Assembly (NCBI GenBank): GCA_963789395.1
Contig: CAWBKP010000014.1
Coordinates: 352,001 to 416,000, forward strand
DNA from: an uncultured delta proteobacterium
GTDB taxonomy: Bacteria > Desulfobacterota > Desulfobacteria > Desulfobacterales > Desulfatirhabdiaceae
Length of the DNA stretch: 64,000 nt
Direction: 5' to 3'
Below, piece after piece: positions 20,306 to 28,962 of the stretch. The notes below the pieces were generated by a model. That model was not told the DNA's origin and ran no database searches. It saw only the letters and a list, made by a program, of their open reading frames with translations. Positions within the stretch are counted from its first letter, which is position 1, and the number at the start of each line of letters is the position of its first letter. The position numbers were made by a program, and so were the translations under genes.

Positions 20306-23300
20306 CTACGCCACTACCGTTATGCGGCTGGATCCGCCAGGCTCCTTTTCCAGGCGGATCTGGGTGGGAATTTCCTCGGCCAGGCGTTTGACGTGCGAGA
20401 CGACGCCGACCGTCTTGCCGTTGGCACGAAGCCTCTTGAGGGCGGACATCACCTTGTAGAGCATTTCCTCATCCAGGACCCCGAAGCCTTCATCCAGAAA
20501 CAGGGATTCGATCTTGCGATGCCGGCCGGCCATGTCCGAGAGCCCCAGGGCAAGGCAAAGACTCGCCAGGAAGGATTCCCCGCCTGAAAGCGTTTTCACG
20601 GATCGAAGCGCCCTTGCCTGAAGGGCGTCTTCGATGTGCAGCCCCAAGGAATTCTCCCCGGCCGCTTTCAGGGTATAGCGGCCGCTGCTCAGTGCGATCA
20701 GGTGCCGGTTGGTTTCTTCCAGGAGCTGCTGCAACAGGAGCTGCTGCAGCTTTCCGCCGGCGTTGCCGGACCCTTCAACACTGCGATGGACGTTCATTGC
20801 CTCGTCAGTTGCCTTTTCCTGAACGGCAATGGCCTGGAGCAGTTCGCGATACGCACGCTCCGTCTGACGATACTGTTCCAGGGTGTGTTCACAGCCGTCG
20901 ATATCCTGCTGAAGGTCTTTTTGACGCTTGACGGCATCTGAAATTTTCCAGCGGACCGTTTCAAGAGAATCCTGTGTGGTGTATTCGGGCCGAAGCGCCG
21001 CCAGCGCTTCGCGCGCCGCTGTCACGGCGCCTTCGGCGCCGGCCAGGCGGTTCATGATCTCCTGCTCGCTCTGAAGGATTGAAAGCCCGTCCCGAACAGC
21101 GATCAATGAGCCCAAGCCGGCAGCGCCGGATTGCTCCAGAAGCCCCTGCTCCGCGGCATCTGCTTCGTTTCGGGCTTGCCGCGCCTGGTCGCGCAATTGC
21201 TGCAATGCTTCCCGATCTGCCGCAAGCCCTTGATCAAGGGCGTCAACTTCCGCAGACAGCGTCTGCTCTTGGGCGTTAAGGCCTTCCACCCGGCCTTCCA
21301 GTGTTCGGCGCTCACCGGCAAGATCCAGGGTGCCGAATCTGGCCTCGCGATCCGATTTAAGCGCATTCAGCTGCATCTGGATGGTTTGGCTTTCCGCGGA
21401 AAGATGATCCGCCTCCTTCTGTAGCCGCTGAAGCGCTTCGGAGAAGACCGTCTGCTGTGTTTCCAGCAGCCGGCGTTCCTCTGCCGCGGCCGTATGCTCC
21501 TTGCACTTCCGGCTGTAAAGTTCCGATCGCTCCCGAAGCCGCTCAACCGGCACGCTCTCGGCTCCGGGCTCCGGCTGCGGTTCCTGCCAGCGCTGGAGGC
21601 GGCCTGTCAGCGCCGAGCGGACCGAATCCTCGTTATCAGCCAATCGTTTCAAGTCGGCATCGATCTGAGCCAGCGCCTGTTGAAGGGGTTCATGCTGATC
21701 CCGCGCCAGCTCCAGCTGTTTTTCCCGTTTGGAGAGTTTTTCCAGTTTCCGCCCCAGTGCACGATCCGTCCAATTCGCCTGCCAGACATACCACCAGGCG
21801 GATCGGATTTTGGATCGGGCATCGCGAATTTCCTTCCGGATGGTGCGGATACCCTCCAATGGCAGGTTGGCATCGCCGAAATCCCAGGTCTCGCCCGCCA
21901 CGGCACATTGCCTGTCCCACTCCAGTTGCAGTTCCCCCAGGGATTTGGCGCGTGTTTGAAGCGCCAGGTCTTTTTTCTGAAAAGATTCGAGTTCGATCTG
22001 CCAGGCCCGGATTTTCTCCTCCCGCTCTCCGATAATGTGATCCAGTTCGGTAAAATCGATTCCCCCTTCGTCCAGAAAGGGGTGCGACGATGCACCGCAG
22101 AGGGGGCAGGGTTCTCCCGGCTGCAGCGCTCCCCTGTATGGGTCGAGCCGGCGAATGGTATCCCGCCGCTGAATCTGCCCTTCAAGTGCCGCAAGGCGTG
22201 ATCGTTCCGTGGAGATGGCTTCCGTCAGGGCCGCCAACCGGGCGTTATTATCCGCCAGTTCTTCCCGGATGTTTCTGAAAGCCTCGCCTTTACGGCCGAT
22301 GCGGATAAGCGCTTTGCAGGCGGCCAGTTTTGTTGCGCCCCGGTCAATGCCGGCTTTCAGGCCGGCTTTTGTCTCTCCCGCGTAAACAGCCGACAGCCGC
22401 TCATCCCGCGCTGTTTTGCGCGCTTTCAGCCGGTCGGCCTTTTCACAGGCCTTTTGGAACGAATTTTGCGCATGCCGGAGCGTCCTGGCTGCCCGCCCTT
22501 CGGCTTTTTCTGCATCGCTTCTCGTGTTTCTGCATGTTTCCATTTCCTGGCGAATTGTGAGGCACTGCGACAGAAACGTTTCCAATGCAGGAATCTCCGT
22601 CTCCAGGCTTTGCTCTTCAGCGTGCGCTGCGATCCACTGCTGAAGCGCCTGTATCCGTCCGTCCAGGCCCCTTGCCTTTTCCGACAACTCGGGACGCTTC
22701 TGGTCCTTGTCCCGCTGCTCCCGCGCAATGGCTTCAAGGCGGGAGACCGCTTTCAGAAAACGCTCCCCCAGCACTGCAATATCGTGATCCAGGCGTGCGG
22801 CCTCAAGAAAATCTCCGGTTCGCTCCACCAGATGCTGCCGGGCCGATTCAAGTTCTTCGCGAATACCGCCAAGCCGCTCCGCAATCTGCCTGATTTCTTC
22901 CTCCCGGGACGGGATCCGGGCTTCCAGTTGCAGCACTTCAGCCTGGAGCGCCTCAGTCTTTGCCTTCAGCGTCTCCACCTGTGTCATGGCTTCTCTGAAA
23001 CGTCCGGCAGGTCTGGCCTGTTCCAGCTGCTGAAGATTTTGTTGCGCCTCGGCATACTGCGTTTCCGCCCTCAGGAGCGCCCCGGCGGCTTCCTGCTCTG
23101 CCATGGGCGCTTGCTCCGCCCGTTCCAGCCAGGCTTCCAGGTATCGCAGCCTTTCCAGGTCGCGGTCAATTTCCCGGCTGTCTTCCCGCGCCTGTTCCAT
23201 GAACTGCCGACGTTCATCCACCTGTCCCCTGTCCGGCGTCTGGAAGCCGGCAGCCTCCTCCTTTAGCCGATTGAGCCGCTCTGTTTCCAGTTCGGCCTGG

Positions 23301-23854
23301 GAGCGGATGGAGGCTTCCATATCCCGAAGCAACTCCGGGCCGATGATTTTCTCAAGTATCTCGGCCCGCTCGTTTTCCAGAGCATTTAAAAAAGCGGAAA
23401 ACTCGCCCTGGGCCAGGAGAATGGAGCGGCAGAAACGCTTGAAGTCAAGCCCGGTAAGTTCGGCAATGTGATTTCGAACCGGAATCGATCGACTTTCCAG
23501 AAGGGTTTTGTCCCCGTTCAGGGAGAAAAGCGACATTTCGGGAGGGTCCGGATTGTCGCCGGTCTTTTGCACGGACCACCTGCTGCAATAGCGATGGTCC
23601 ATTACCGAAAATGTGACTTCCGCGTAGGATTCATTCCCCTGAAGGTTCAACAGAAACGTTTCAGGACTTCTGAGACGCGCCGTCTCCCCGTAAAGCCCAA
23701 GGGTTATCGCATCCAGGATGGTGGTTTTTCCCGAACCATTGGGACCCACAATGGCAAAAAGCCCCGTATCGGAGATCGGAGACCGGTCAAAGCATATTTC
23801 CCATTCCCCGGTCAGCGAGTTGATATTTTTGAATTTAACGCCCAGTATCTTCAT
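20306..23854 (-). CDS. sbcC: SbcC/Rad50-like SMC ATPase
   Basis: Walker A GPNGSGKT, LLAQGEF, long coiled coil, zinc hook CPLCG, LSGGE signature, FLDEGFG, VVSH. Confidence 0.9.
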   Translation of the reverse strand: MKILGVKFKNINSLTGEWEICFDRSPISDTGLFAIVGPNGSGKTTILDAITLGLYGETARLRSPETFLLNLQGNESYAEVTFSVMDHRYCSRWSVQKTGDNPDPPEMSLFSLNGDKTLLESRSIPVRNHIAELTGLDFKRFCRSILLAQGEFSAFLNALENERAEILEKIIGPELLRDMEASIRSQAELETERLNRLKEEAAGFQTPDRGQVDERRQFMEQAREDSREIDRDLERLRYLEAWLERAEQAPMAEQEAAGALLRAETQYAEAQQNLQQLEQARPAGRFREAMTQVETLKAKTEALQAEVLQLEARIPSREEEIRQIAERLGGIREELESARQHLVERTGDFLEAARLDHDIAVLGERFLKAVSRLEAIAREQRDKDQKRPELSEKARGLDGRIQALQQWIAAHAEEQSLETEIPALETFLSQCLTIRQEMETCRNTRSDAEKAEGRAARTLRHAQNSFQKACEKADRLKARKTARDERLSAVYAGETKAGLKAGIDRGATKLAACKALIRIGRKGEAFRNIREELADNNARLAALTEAISTERSRLAALEGQIQRRDTIRRLDPYRGALQPGEPCPLCGASSHPFLDEGGIDFTELDHIIGEREEKIRAWQIELESFQKKDLALQTRAKSLGELQLEWDRQCAVAGETWDFGDANLPLEGIRTIRKEIRDARSKIRSAWWYVWQANWTDRALGRKLEKLSKREKQLELARDQHEPLQQALAQIDADLKRLADNEDSVRSALTGRLQRWQEPQPEPGAESVPVERLRERSELYSRKCKEHTAAAEERRLLETQQTVFSEALQRLQKEADHLSAESQTIQMQLNALKSDREARFGTLDLAGERRTLEGRVEGLNAQEQTLSAEVDALDQGLAADREALQQLRDQARQARNEADAAEQGLLEQSGAAGLGSLIAVRDGLSILQSEQEIMNRLAGAEGAVTAAREALAALRPEYTTQDSLETVRWKISDAVKRQKDLQQDIDGCEHTLEQYRQTERAYRELLQAIAVQEKATDEAMNVHRSVEGSGNAGGKLQQLLLQQLLEETNRHLIALSSGRYTLKAAGENSLGLHIEDALQARALRSVKTLSGGESFLASLCLALGLSDMAGRHRKIESLFLDEGFGVLDEEMLYKVMSALKRLRANGKTVGVVSHVKRLAEEIPTQIRLEKEPGGSSRITVVA

Positions 23855-23894
23855 GATGATTTCCTAGGGTAAACATCATTATCGCAAGAAGAGA

Positions 23895-23956
23895 AACCGC
23901 TCAGGATTGCCCACACCCCGATAAACATTGGCGTCTATCTGCGTTCAGTCGCGGTT
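23895..23956. repeat. Degenerate short palindromic element (AACCGC...GCGGTT with about 10-nt ATCTGCGTTC-like units)
   Basis: aaccgc ... attggcgtctatctgcgttcagtcgcggtt in the intergenic gap. Confidence 0.4.
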
Positions 23957-24031
23957 GACAGTAACAAAGAGAACTGCTCCGTGATGATTTCATGTCTCGA
24001 ATCACGCTGAATTCCGGCCGTGCGGACCGGT

Positions 24032-24799
24032 TTAACCCAGAATCAGGCGCTGGGGATCACATTTTTCCCTCAGGATTTTAAGCTCGAACTCCGTGGGCGG
24101 TGCCACTTCTTTTGCCCGCGATACATCGATGTCAAACCCCATGTTATCCAGAACCTGCCGCGGCGTGATGCCGGGAAAAAAGCCGGTCAGATACATCTCC
24201 CTGGTGACAGTATCAAATCCCATGGTCGCCATGTTGGTAATGACGGATTCGGGCCCGCCATCGGGAAGCCCGGCGTTTTTACGGCCATCGGGCCCGTCCA
24301 GCCAGCCGGGGCTCGTAATGTAATCCACCTTGGGAACAAATTTTCGCTTTTCATGCTGCATGAAGGTGATGGTTCTGCCGACAAAAGAGGCCACATCGCA
24401 GGCCCCGCCGCTTCCGGAAAAGCGGACCCTGGGGTTGAAATAATCCCCGATGGCCGTTGAATTCAGGTTCCCGAACCGGTCGATCTGGGCCGCGCCCATG
24501 ATGCCCACCACATGCGGGCCGGTAACCCGGCTCTGCATGGTGGCAAATGCATCTGCCAGGTTGCCGTTCACCGATGTCCAGAACATCACCCGGGAATCCG
24601 CCACGGCCAGCGGGACTTCTTCCAGAAGGGAGTCGATGGCCCCGGTTTCAAAAAAAATGACACTGTTCGGTGCGCAGATGTGCTTGGCTGCCATGGCAGC
24701 CACCATGGAAATGCCCGTACCGCAGAAAACGATATCGCCGTCCTTGATCTGGCGCGCGGCGGCAATGGTCATCAATTCCTTCAAGGTATAATCCGGCAT
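24032..24799 (-). CDS. Family I CoA-transferase subunit B (glutaconate/3-oxoadipate CoA-transferase-like)
   Basis: VFCGTG, FFETG (catalytic Glu), GAAQIDRFGNLNST, GSGGACD, VDYITSPG. Confidence 0.9.
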   Translation of the reverse strand: MPDYTLKELMTIAAARQIKDGDIVFCGTGISMVAAMAAKHICAPNSVIFFETGAIDSLLEEVPLAVADSRVMFWTSVNGNLADAFATMQSRVTGPHVVGIMGAAQIDRFGNLNSTAIGDYFNPRVRFSGSGGACDVASFVGRTITFMQHEKRKFVPKVDYITSPGWLDGPDGRKNAGLPDGGPESVITNMATMGFDTVTREMYLTGFFPGITPRQVLDNMGFDIDVSRAKEVAPPTEFELKILREKCDPQRLILG

Positions 24800-24816
24800 G
24801 TTCGTTCTGTTTCTCC

Positions 24817-25794
24817 CTATCGCCTGTCCAGCCCCACGGCATAGCCGGTTCTGGGGTCAGCCTGGATGGCATTCAGCTGCCCGGCTCCGATTTTATCCAG
24901 AAGCCCTTGATGACTGGATACACCATAAACGAATTCATCCAGATAGGCCCTGTAGCGGCCATCGTCTTCGGCGCTCCTGCGGTAGGCGTTGAGATAGGCC
25001 GGGTCATAGTCGTAGTACCGGTAACAGGCCGTGGGATAGGCGCCGTAAGGCAACGGGACAACGGCATCCACGCAGAAAGAGGGGATCTGGTTCTGGTCCG
25101 GAGCGGCCTTCAGGACTTCGGATGCCACCAGTTCCTCGCAGGTAACGATAACGTGTTTGGCGCATTTGGCCTGCTCGACATCGGAAAAGGTCAGGCCTTC
25201 CATCCGAACGGTGCCTTCCTTGTCCGCCTTCTGAACGTGAATGATGGTGACATCGCAGTTGATGGCCGGAACCAGGACGAGTTTGGGCGCATTTCCCCAG
25301 GATCCGAAAGGATTGTCCATGACCTGAAGCTTTTGATCCGGAAGCCGGGAATCCTCGGCCCGCATCTGCCTTGAAAACCCCCATTTTTCGATGATATCGG
25401 TTCCCAGCGACGAGCGGGTGGGCAGAAACGGAACCCCCATGGCGCCTGCCATGAATCGCAGCGTCATCTGGTAATTGGAATAATCTTCAATGGCAATGGC
25501 GCCGGACTGGGCGGCTTTTTTAAACCGGATGCAGGTCGGGGCGAACCGGCCGCTTCCGGCGTAGGCGATCTCCAGCCGGGATACGCATCCGGCGCCGATC
25601 AGCTCGTCCACACCCTGGCCGTTTGAGTGCGCATAGAGGTGGATGTTGCCGATTTTCTGACGGATGATTTCATATACGGCCGCCATCGGATTGCGGTTGA
25701 CCGTAAATCCGCCGATGGACAGATGACAGCCGCTGAAAACGAATTTTTTCACAGCTTCTGATAGACTGGTTGTTTTATCCTGACTGATGTTCAT
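24817..25794 (-). CDS. Family I CoA-transferase subunit A (glutaconate CoA-transferase-like)
   Basis: IGGFTVNRNPMA, AGAMGVPFLPTRSSLGTD, IIHVQKAD, YGAYPTAC. Confidence 0.9.
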   Translation of the reverse strand: MNISQDKTTSLSEAVKKFVFSGCHLSIGGFTVNRNPMAAVYEIIRQKIGNIHLYAHSNGQGVDELIGAGCVSRLEIAYAGSGRFAPTCIRFKKAAQSGAIAIEDYSNYQMTLRFMAGAMGVPFLPTRSSLGTDIIEKWGFSRQMRAEDSRLPDQKLQVMDNPFGSWGNAPKLVLVPAINCDVTIIHVQKADKEGTVRMEGLTFSDVEQAKCAKHVIVTCEELVASEVLKAAPDQNQIPSFCVDAVVPLPYGAYPTACYRYYDYDPAYLNAYRRSAEDDGRYRAYLDEFVYGVSSHQGLLDKIGAGQLNAIQADPRTGYAVGLDRR

Positions 25795-25907
25795 GCGATA
25801 TTGGATCCATATTCAAAAAAAGTCATAAAGAGTTGCAACAACGGCCGCACACGGTATGCCTTTGACTTTCTATCGTAGAAAAAAGGATGTTATCTGACAA
25901 ACGTTTT

Positions 25908-25942
25908 AAATCCCCCCTGGCCCCCCTTTTCCAAAGAGGGGA
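25908..25942. repeat. Half copy of the REP-like element
   Basis: aaatcccccctggcccccctttt ccaaagagggga resembles 5611-5645. Confidence 0.65.
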
Positions 25943-25987
25943 ACGGCACAGGCATGGACCTGCGAAGCAGAAAAATGAAGGCGTATG

Positions 25988-26539
25988 TCACACTGAAATA
26001 TTCAGATCCCGAACGATTTTGATTCCCAGCTCCAGCGCCTTCCGGTTCATGTCCAGAAAGCCGGGGGGAATGCGGGTTTCCAGCACGCGGATGATGGATT
26101 CTGGCTTGACCAGGCCGGTCAGGGCGATCACCGCCCCAAGCATGCAGATGTTAAAGACGACAGGCTGTGCGATAGCATCCATCACCGCCCGGAACATGCC
26201 TAGCTCCACCTGCCGGGCATCCACTTTGCGCTCGGTTTTCACAAAGCGGGTGTCGGTGATCAGCGTGCCGCCGGGCCGGATGATGGGGTAGAACTTGCTG
26301 TAGGCCTCCTGGGTCAGGCAGACCAGCACATTGGGCTGGGTGACCTTGGGAAAATAGATCTGAGAGTCTGCGATGATCACATCCGTGCGGGTGGAGCCGC
26401 CTCTGGCCTCCGGGCCGTAGGACTGGGACTGCACGGCGATCAAGTCTTCATAGAGCACCGCGGCCTCGGCCAGGATAATGGCCGCGGTGATCACGCCCTG
26501 GCCCCCGGAGCCTGAAAACACCATTCTGCATCTTTCCAT
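25988..26539 (-). CDS. korC: 2-oxoacid:ferredoxin oxidoreductase gamma subunit
   Basis: SGSGGQGVI, QSYGPEARGG, NICMLGA. Confidence 0.93.
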   Translation of the reverse strand: MERCRMVFSGSGGQGVITAAIILAEAAVLYEDLIAVQSQSYGPEARGGSTRTDVIIADSQIYFPKVTQPNVLVCLTQEAYSKFYPIIRPGGTLITDTRFVKTERKVDARQVELGMFRAVMDAIAQPVVFNICMLGAVIALTGLVKPESIIRVLETRIPPGFLDMNRKALELGIKIVRDLNISV

Positions 26540-26541
26540 GG

Positions 26542-27360
26542 TTAACGCCCTTTCCCTGCTGCCGCTTTCTGCGCGCGTTCGATGATCTTGTCGTATTCGC
26601 CGCAGTACTCCGGCAGCTCCTTTCGAACAAACACGCCCCGCTCGATCAGCTCAGGATGAGTTTCCTTGGCCTTGGAGCCGATGGGCGTGGTGATATCCTT
26701 CATCCGTTTCATCATCTCAACGGCCCCGCCTTCCTTGTTCTTTCTGCCGAAATACGTGGGGCACTGGGACATGACCTCCACAACGGAAAAGCCCTTGTGC
26801 AGGATGGCCTCCTGAAGGATGTCGGCTATCTGCTGCACGTGGTAGGTGGTGGTGCGGGCAACAAACGTTGCGCCTGCGGCCTTTGCCAGCTCAACGATGT
26901 CAAAGCCCTGGTCGATGTTGCTGTAGGGGGCGGTCGTGGCCGATATCCCGTAGCCGGAAAGCGGGGAGTACTGGCCGCCGGTCATCCCGTAGATCCGGTT
27001 GTTCATGACAATGGCCGTCATGTCGATGTTTCGACGGGCCGCGTGTATGAAATGGTTGCCGCCGATCGCAAGCGCATCCCCGTCTCCCATGGGAACAATC
27101 AGGTGAAGCTCCGGACGGCTCATCTTGACTCCGGTGGCAAAGGCAAGGGCCCGGCCGTGCACCGTGTGCAGGGTGTGAAAGTCCACGTATCCGGAGATCC
27201 GGGACGAGCAGCCGATCCCCGAGACCATGACGATGTCGTTTTTGGCAAGCCCCAGATTTTCGATGGCCCGCAGCATGGCGTTCAGCACCACGCCGTGCCC
27301 GCAGCCCGGGCACCACATATGGGGAAAAAACCTTTCCCGGATGTAATCTTTGATCGCCAT
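26542..27360 (-). CDS. korB: 2-oxoacid:ferredoxin oxidoreductase beta subunit (TPP-binding)
   Basis: WCPGCG, SGIGCSSR, GDGD..IGGNH..NN, YGMTGGQ; start MAIKDY at 27360 after AGGGAA. Confidence 0.93.
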   Translation of the reverse strand: MAIKDYIRERFFPHMWCPGCGHGVVLNAMLRAIENLGLAKNDIVMVSGIGCSSRISGYVDFHTLHTVHGRALAFATGVKMSRPELHLIVPMGDGDALAIGGNHFIHAARRNIDMTAIVMNNRIYGMTGGQYSPLSGYGISATTAPYSNIDQGFDIVELAKAAGATFVARTTTYHVQQIADILQEAILHKGFSVVEVMSQCPTYFGRKNKEGGAVEMMKRMKDITTPIGSKAKETHPELIERGVFVRKELPEYCGEYDKIIERAQKAAAGKGR

Positions 27361-28508
27361 TATATTCCCTTTCCCTGTATGAGCCGAAGAATGTTTCTGA
27401 TATCCGTCGGGTTGATAAAGACCCCGTCCATCCGGTTGGCCAGAAACACCCTTTCGGGCCTCTCCACGGCCAGCTTCACCTGCTCGAGCACCTGGCCCAT
27501 GTTCATCTCCACCACAACGATCGTATGGGCACTGCGGCATCTTTCCCGGACAATGTGCGCCGGAAAGGGCCACAGGGTCTGAAGCTCCAACAGCCCCAGC
27601 CGCTCGCCGCGTTTTCTGCGGCTCTCCACCACATGAAGGCTGGATCTGGCAGATGAGCCGTAAGAGATCAGAATGCAGTCCGCATCCTCCAGGTAATACT
27701 CTCTGGTCCGTGCGATCTCTGCCGCGTTGTTCTGGATCTTGTCGATAAGATGCCGCATCAACCCATGGACCACCTGGGGATTGTTCGAGGGAAAGCCCCA
27801 CATGTCGTGGGCAAGTCCGGTCACGTTGTAGCGGTGAGCCCCCCCGAAATCCGACATGGGCAGCCGGCCGTCCTCCCGGGGAAGATACGGGTGATAGTCC
27901 ACCCCGCTTTTAACCGCCGTTCGCAGCCGCTCCACCAGGGGCAATTCCCCTTTTTCCGGAATCTCCAGCCGCTCCCGCATGTGCCCCACCACTTCATCAA
28001 AAAGCAGGATGACCGGCGTGCGGTAGGTTTCGGCCAGGTTAAAGGCTTCCACGGTCACGGCAAACACGTCCTGATGGTTGGATGCGGTCAGGGTGATGAT
28101 GGCATGGTCCCCGTGGGTTCCCCATCTGGCCTGGTTCACGTCCCCCTGGCTGACATGGGTGGGAAGGCCGGTGGAAGGCCCTCCCCGCTGCACGTTGACG
28201 ATCACGGACGGTATCTCGGCCATCACGGCATAGCCCAGTGCTTCCTGCATCAGGGAAAAGCCGGGGCCGCTGGTTGCGGTCATGACCTTGTTGCCGGTTA
28301 AAGAGGCCCCGATAATGGCGCAGATGGAGGCAATCTCATCTTCCATCTGAATGAACCTGCCGCCTATCTGCGGCAGGCGAGAGGATAAAAGCTCGGCGAT
28401 TTCCGTTGACGGGGTAATGGGGTAGCCGGCAAAAAAATTCAGCCCCGCATACAGCGCGGCCTCTACGCAAACCTCGTTTCCTTGGATAAATTTAATCAGC
28501 TTGCTCAT
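27360..28508 (-). CDS. korA: 2-oxoacid:ferredoxin oxidoreductase alpha subunit
   Basis: GYPITPSTEI, QMEDE, TSGPG, QRGGPSTG; start MSKLIK at 28508. Confidence 0.93.
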   Translation of the reverse strand: MSKLIKFIQGNEVCVEAALYAGLNFFAGYPITPSTEIAELLSSRLPQIGGRFIQMEDEIASICAIIGASLTGNKVMTATSGPGFSLMQEALGYAVMAEIPSVIVNVQRGGPSTGLPTHVSQGDVNQARWGTHGDHAIITLTASNHQDVFAVTVEAFNLAETYRTPVILLFDEVVGHMRERLEIPEKGELPLVERLRTAVKSGVDYHPYLPREDGRLPMSDFGGAHRYNVTGLAHDMWGFPSNNPQVVHGLMRHLIDKIQNNAAEIARTREYYLEDADCILISYGSSARSSLHVVESRRKRGERLGLLELQTLWPFPAHIVRERCRSAHTIVVVEMNMGQVLEQVKLAVERPERVFLANRMDGVFINPTDIRNILRLIQGKGI

Positions 28509-28518
28509 GTCTTTGCCC

Positions 28519-28725
28519 CTATTCCTCGGTAAGAATTTCGATGGCCAGATCCGGACACCTGAGTTCGCAAAGCCTGCAGCAGATGCAGTCCTTTGGCCGC
28601 ACCGCCACCGCCTTCTCACGCTCGTCCAGCTCCAGCACCTTCTTGGGGCAGAACGCCACGCAGATCCCGCAGCCCTTGCACCAGTCCCGGTTGATCACGT
28701 GCGCTTTCAGTTTGGGTTTTCCCAT
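28519..28725 (-). CDS. korD: 2[4Fe-4S] ferredoxin, oxidoreductase delta subunit
   Basis: CKGCGICVAFCP and CICCRLCELRCP. Confidence 0.93.
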   Translation of the reverse strand: MGKPKLKAHVINRDWCKGCGICVAFCPKKVLELDEREKAVAVRPKDCICCRLCELRCPDLAIEILTEE

Positions 28726-28788
28726 TCAGTCTTCCTTTATCTTGGAATACATTTTGCTCGATTTGCTCGAACGGAACGTCAGCTCAAG

Positions 28789-28912
28789 AAAATCCGAAAC
28801 AAACTCAACATTCGAATGACCAGATGAAACGATCGGCTTGAAAACAACCCGCTTTGATCATTATGATTTTGAACATTTTTTCGAATTTCGTGCTTCGGAT
28901 TTCGAATTTATA
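28789..28912. repeat. Heptamer (TTCGnnn) palindromic intergenic element, copy A
   Basis: Right arm ttcgaat ttcgtgc ttcggat ttcgaat; left arm aaatccgaaacaaa; 28858-28912 aligns with 47641-47695. Confidence 0.75.
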
Positions 28913-28962
28913 TTTGGAAGGTTAGTAATTTTTGCCAATCAAGTCAATAAAAAGGAGATTTC

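Noticed and set aside
28858..28912. Short repeats as a CRISPR array
   Set aside because: The units are 7-bp tandem repeats without unique spacers, and no cas genes are present.
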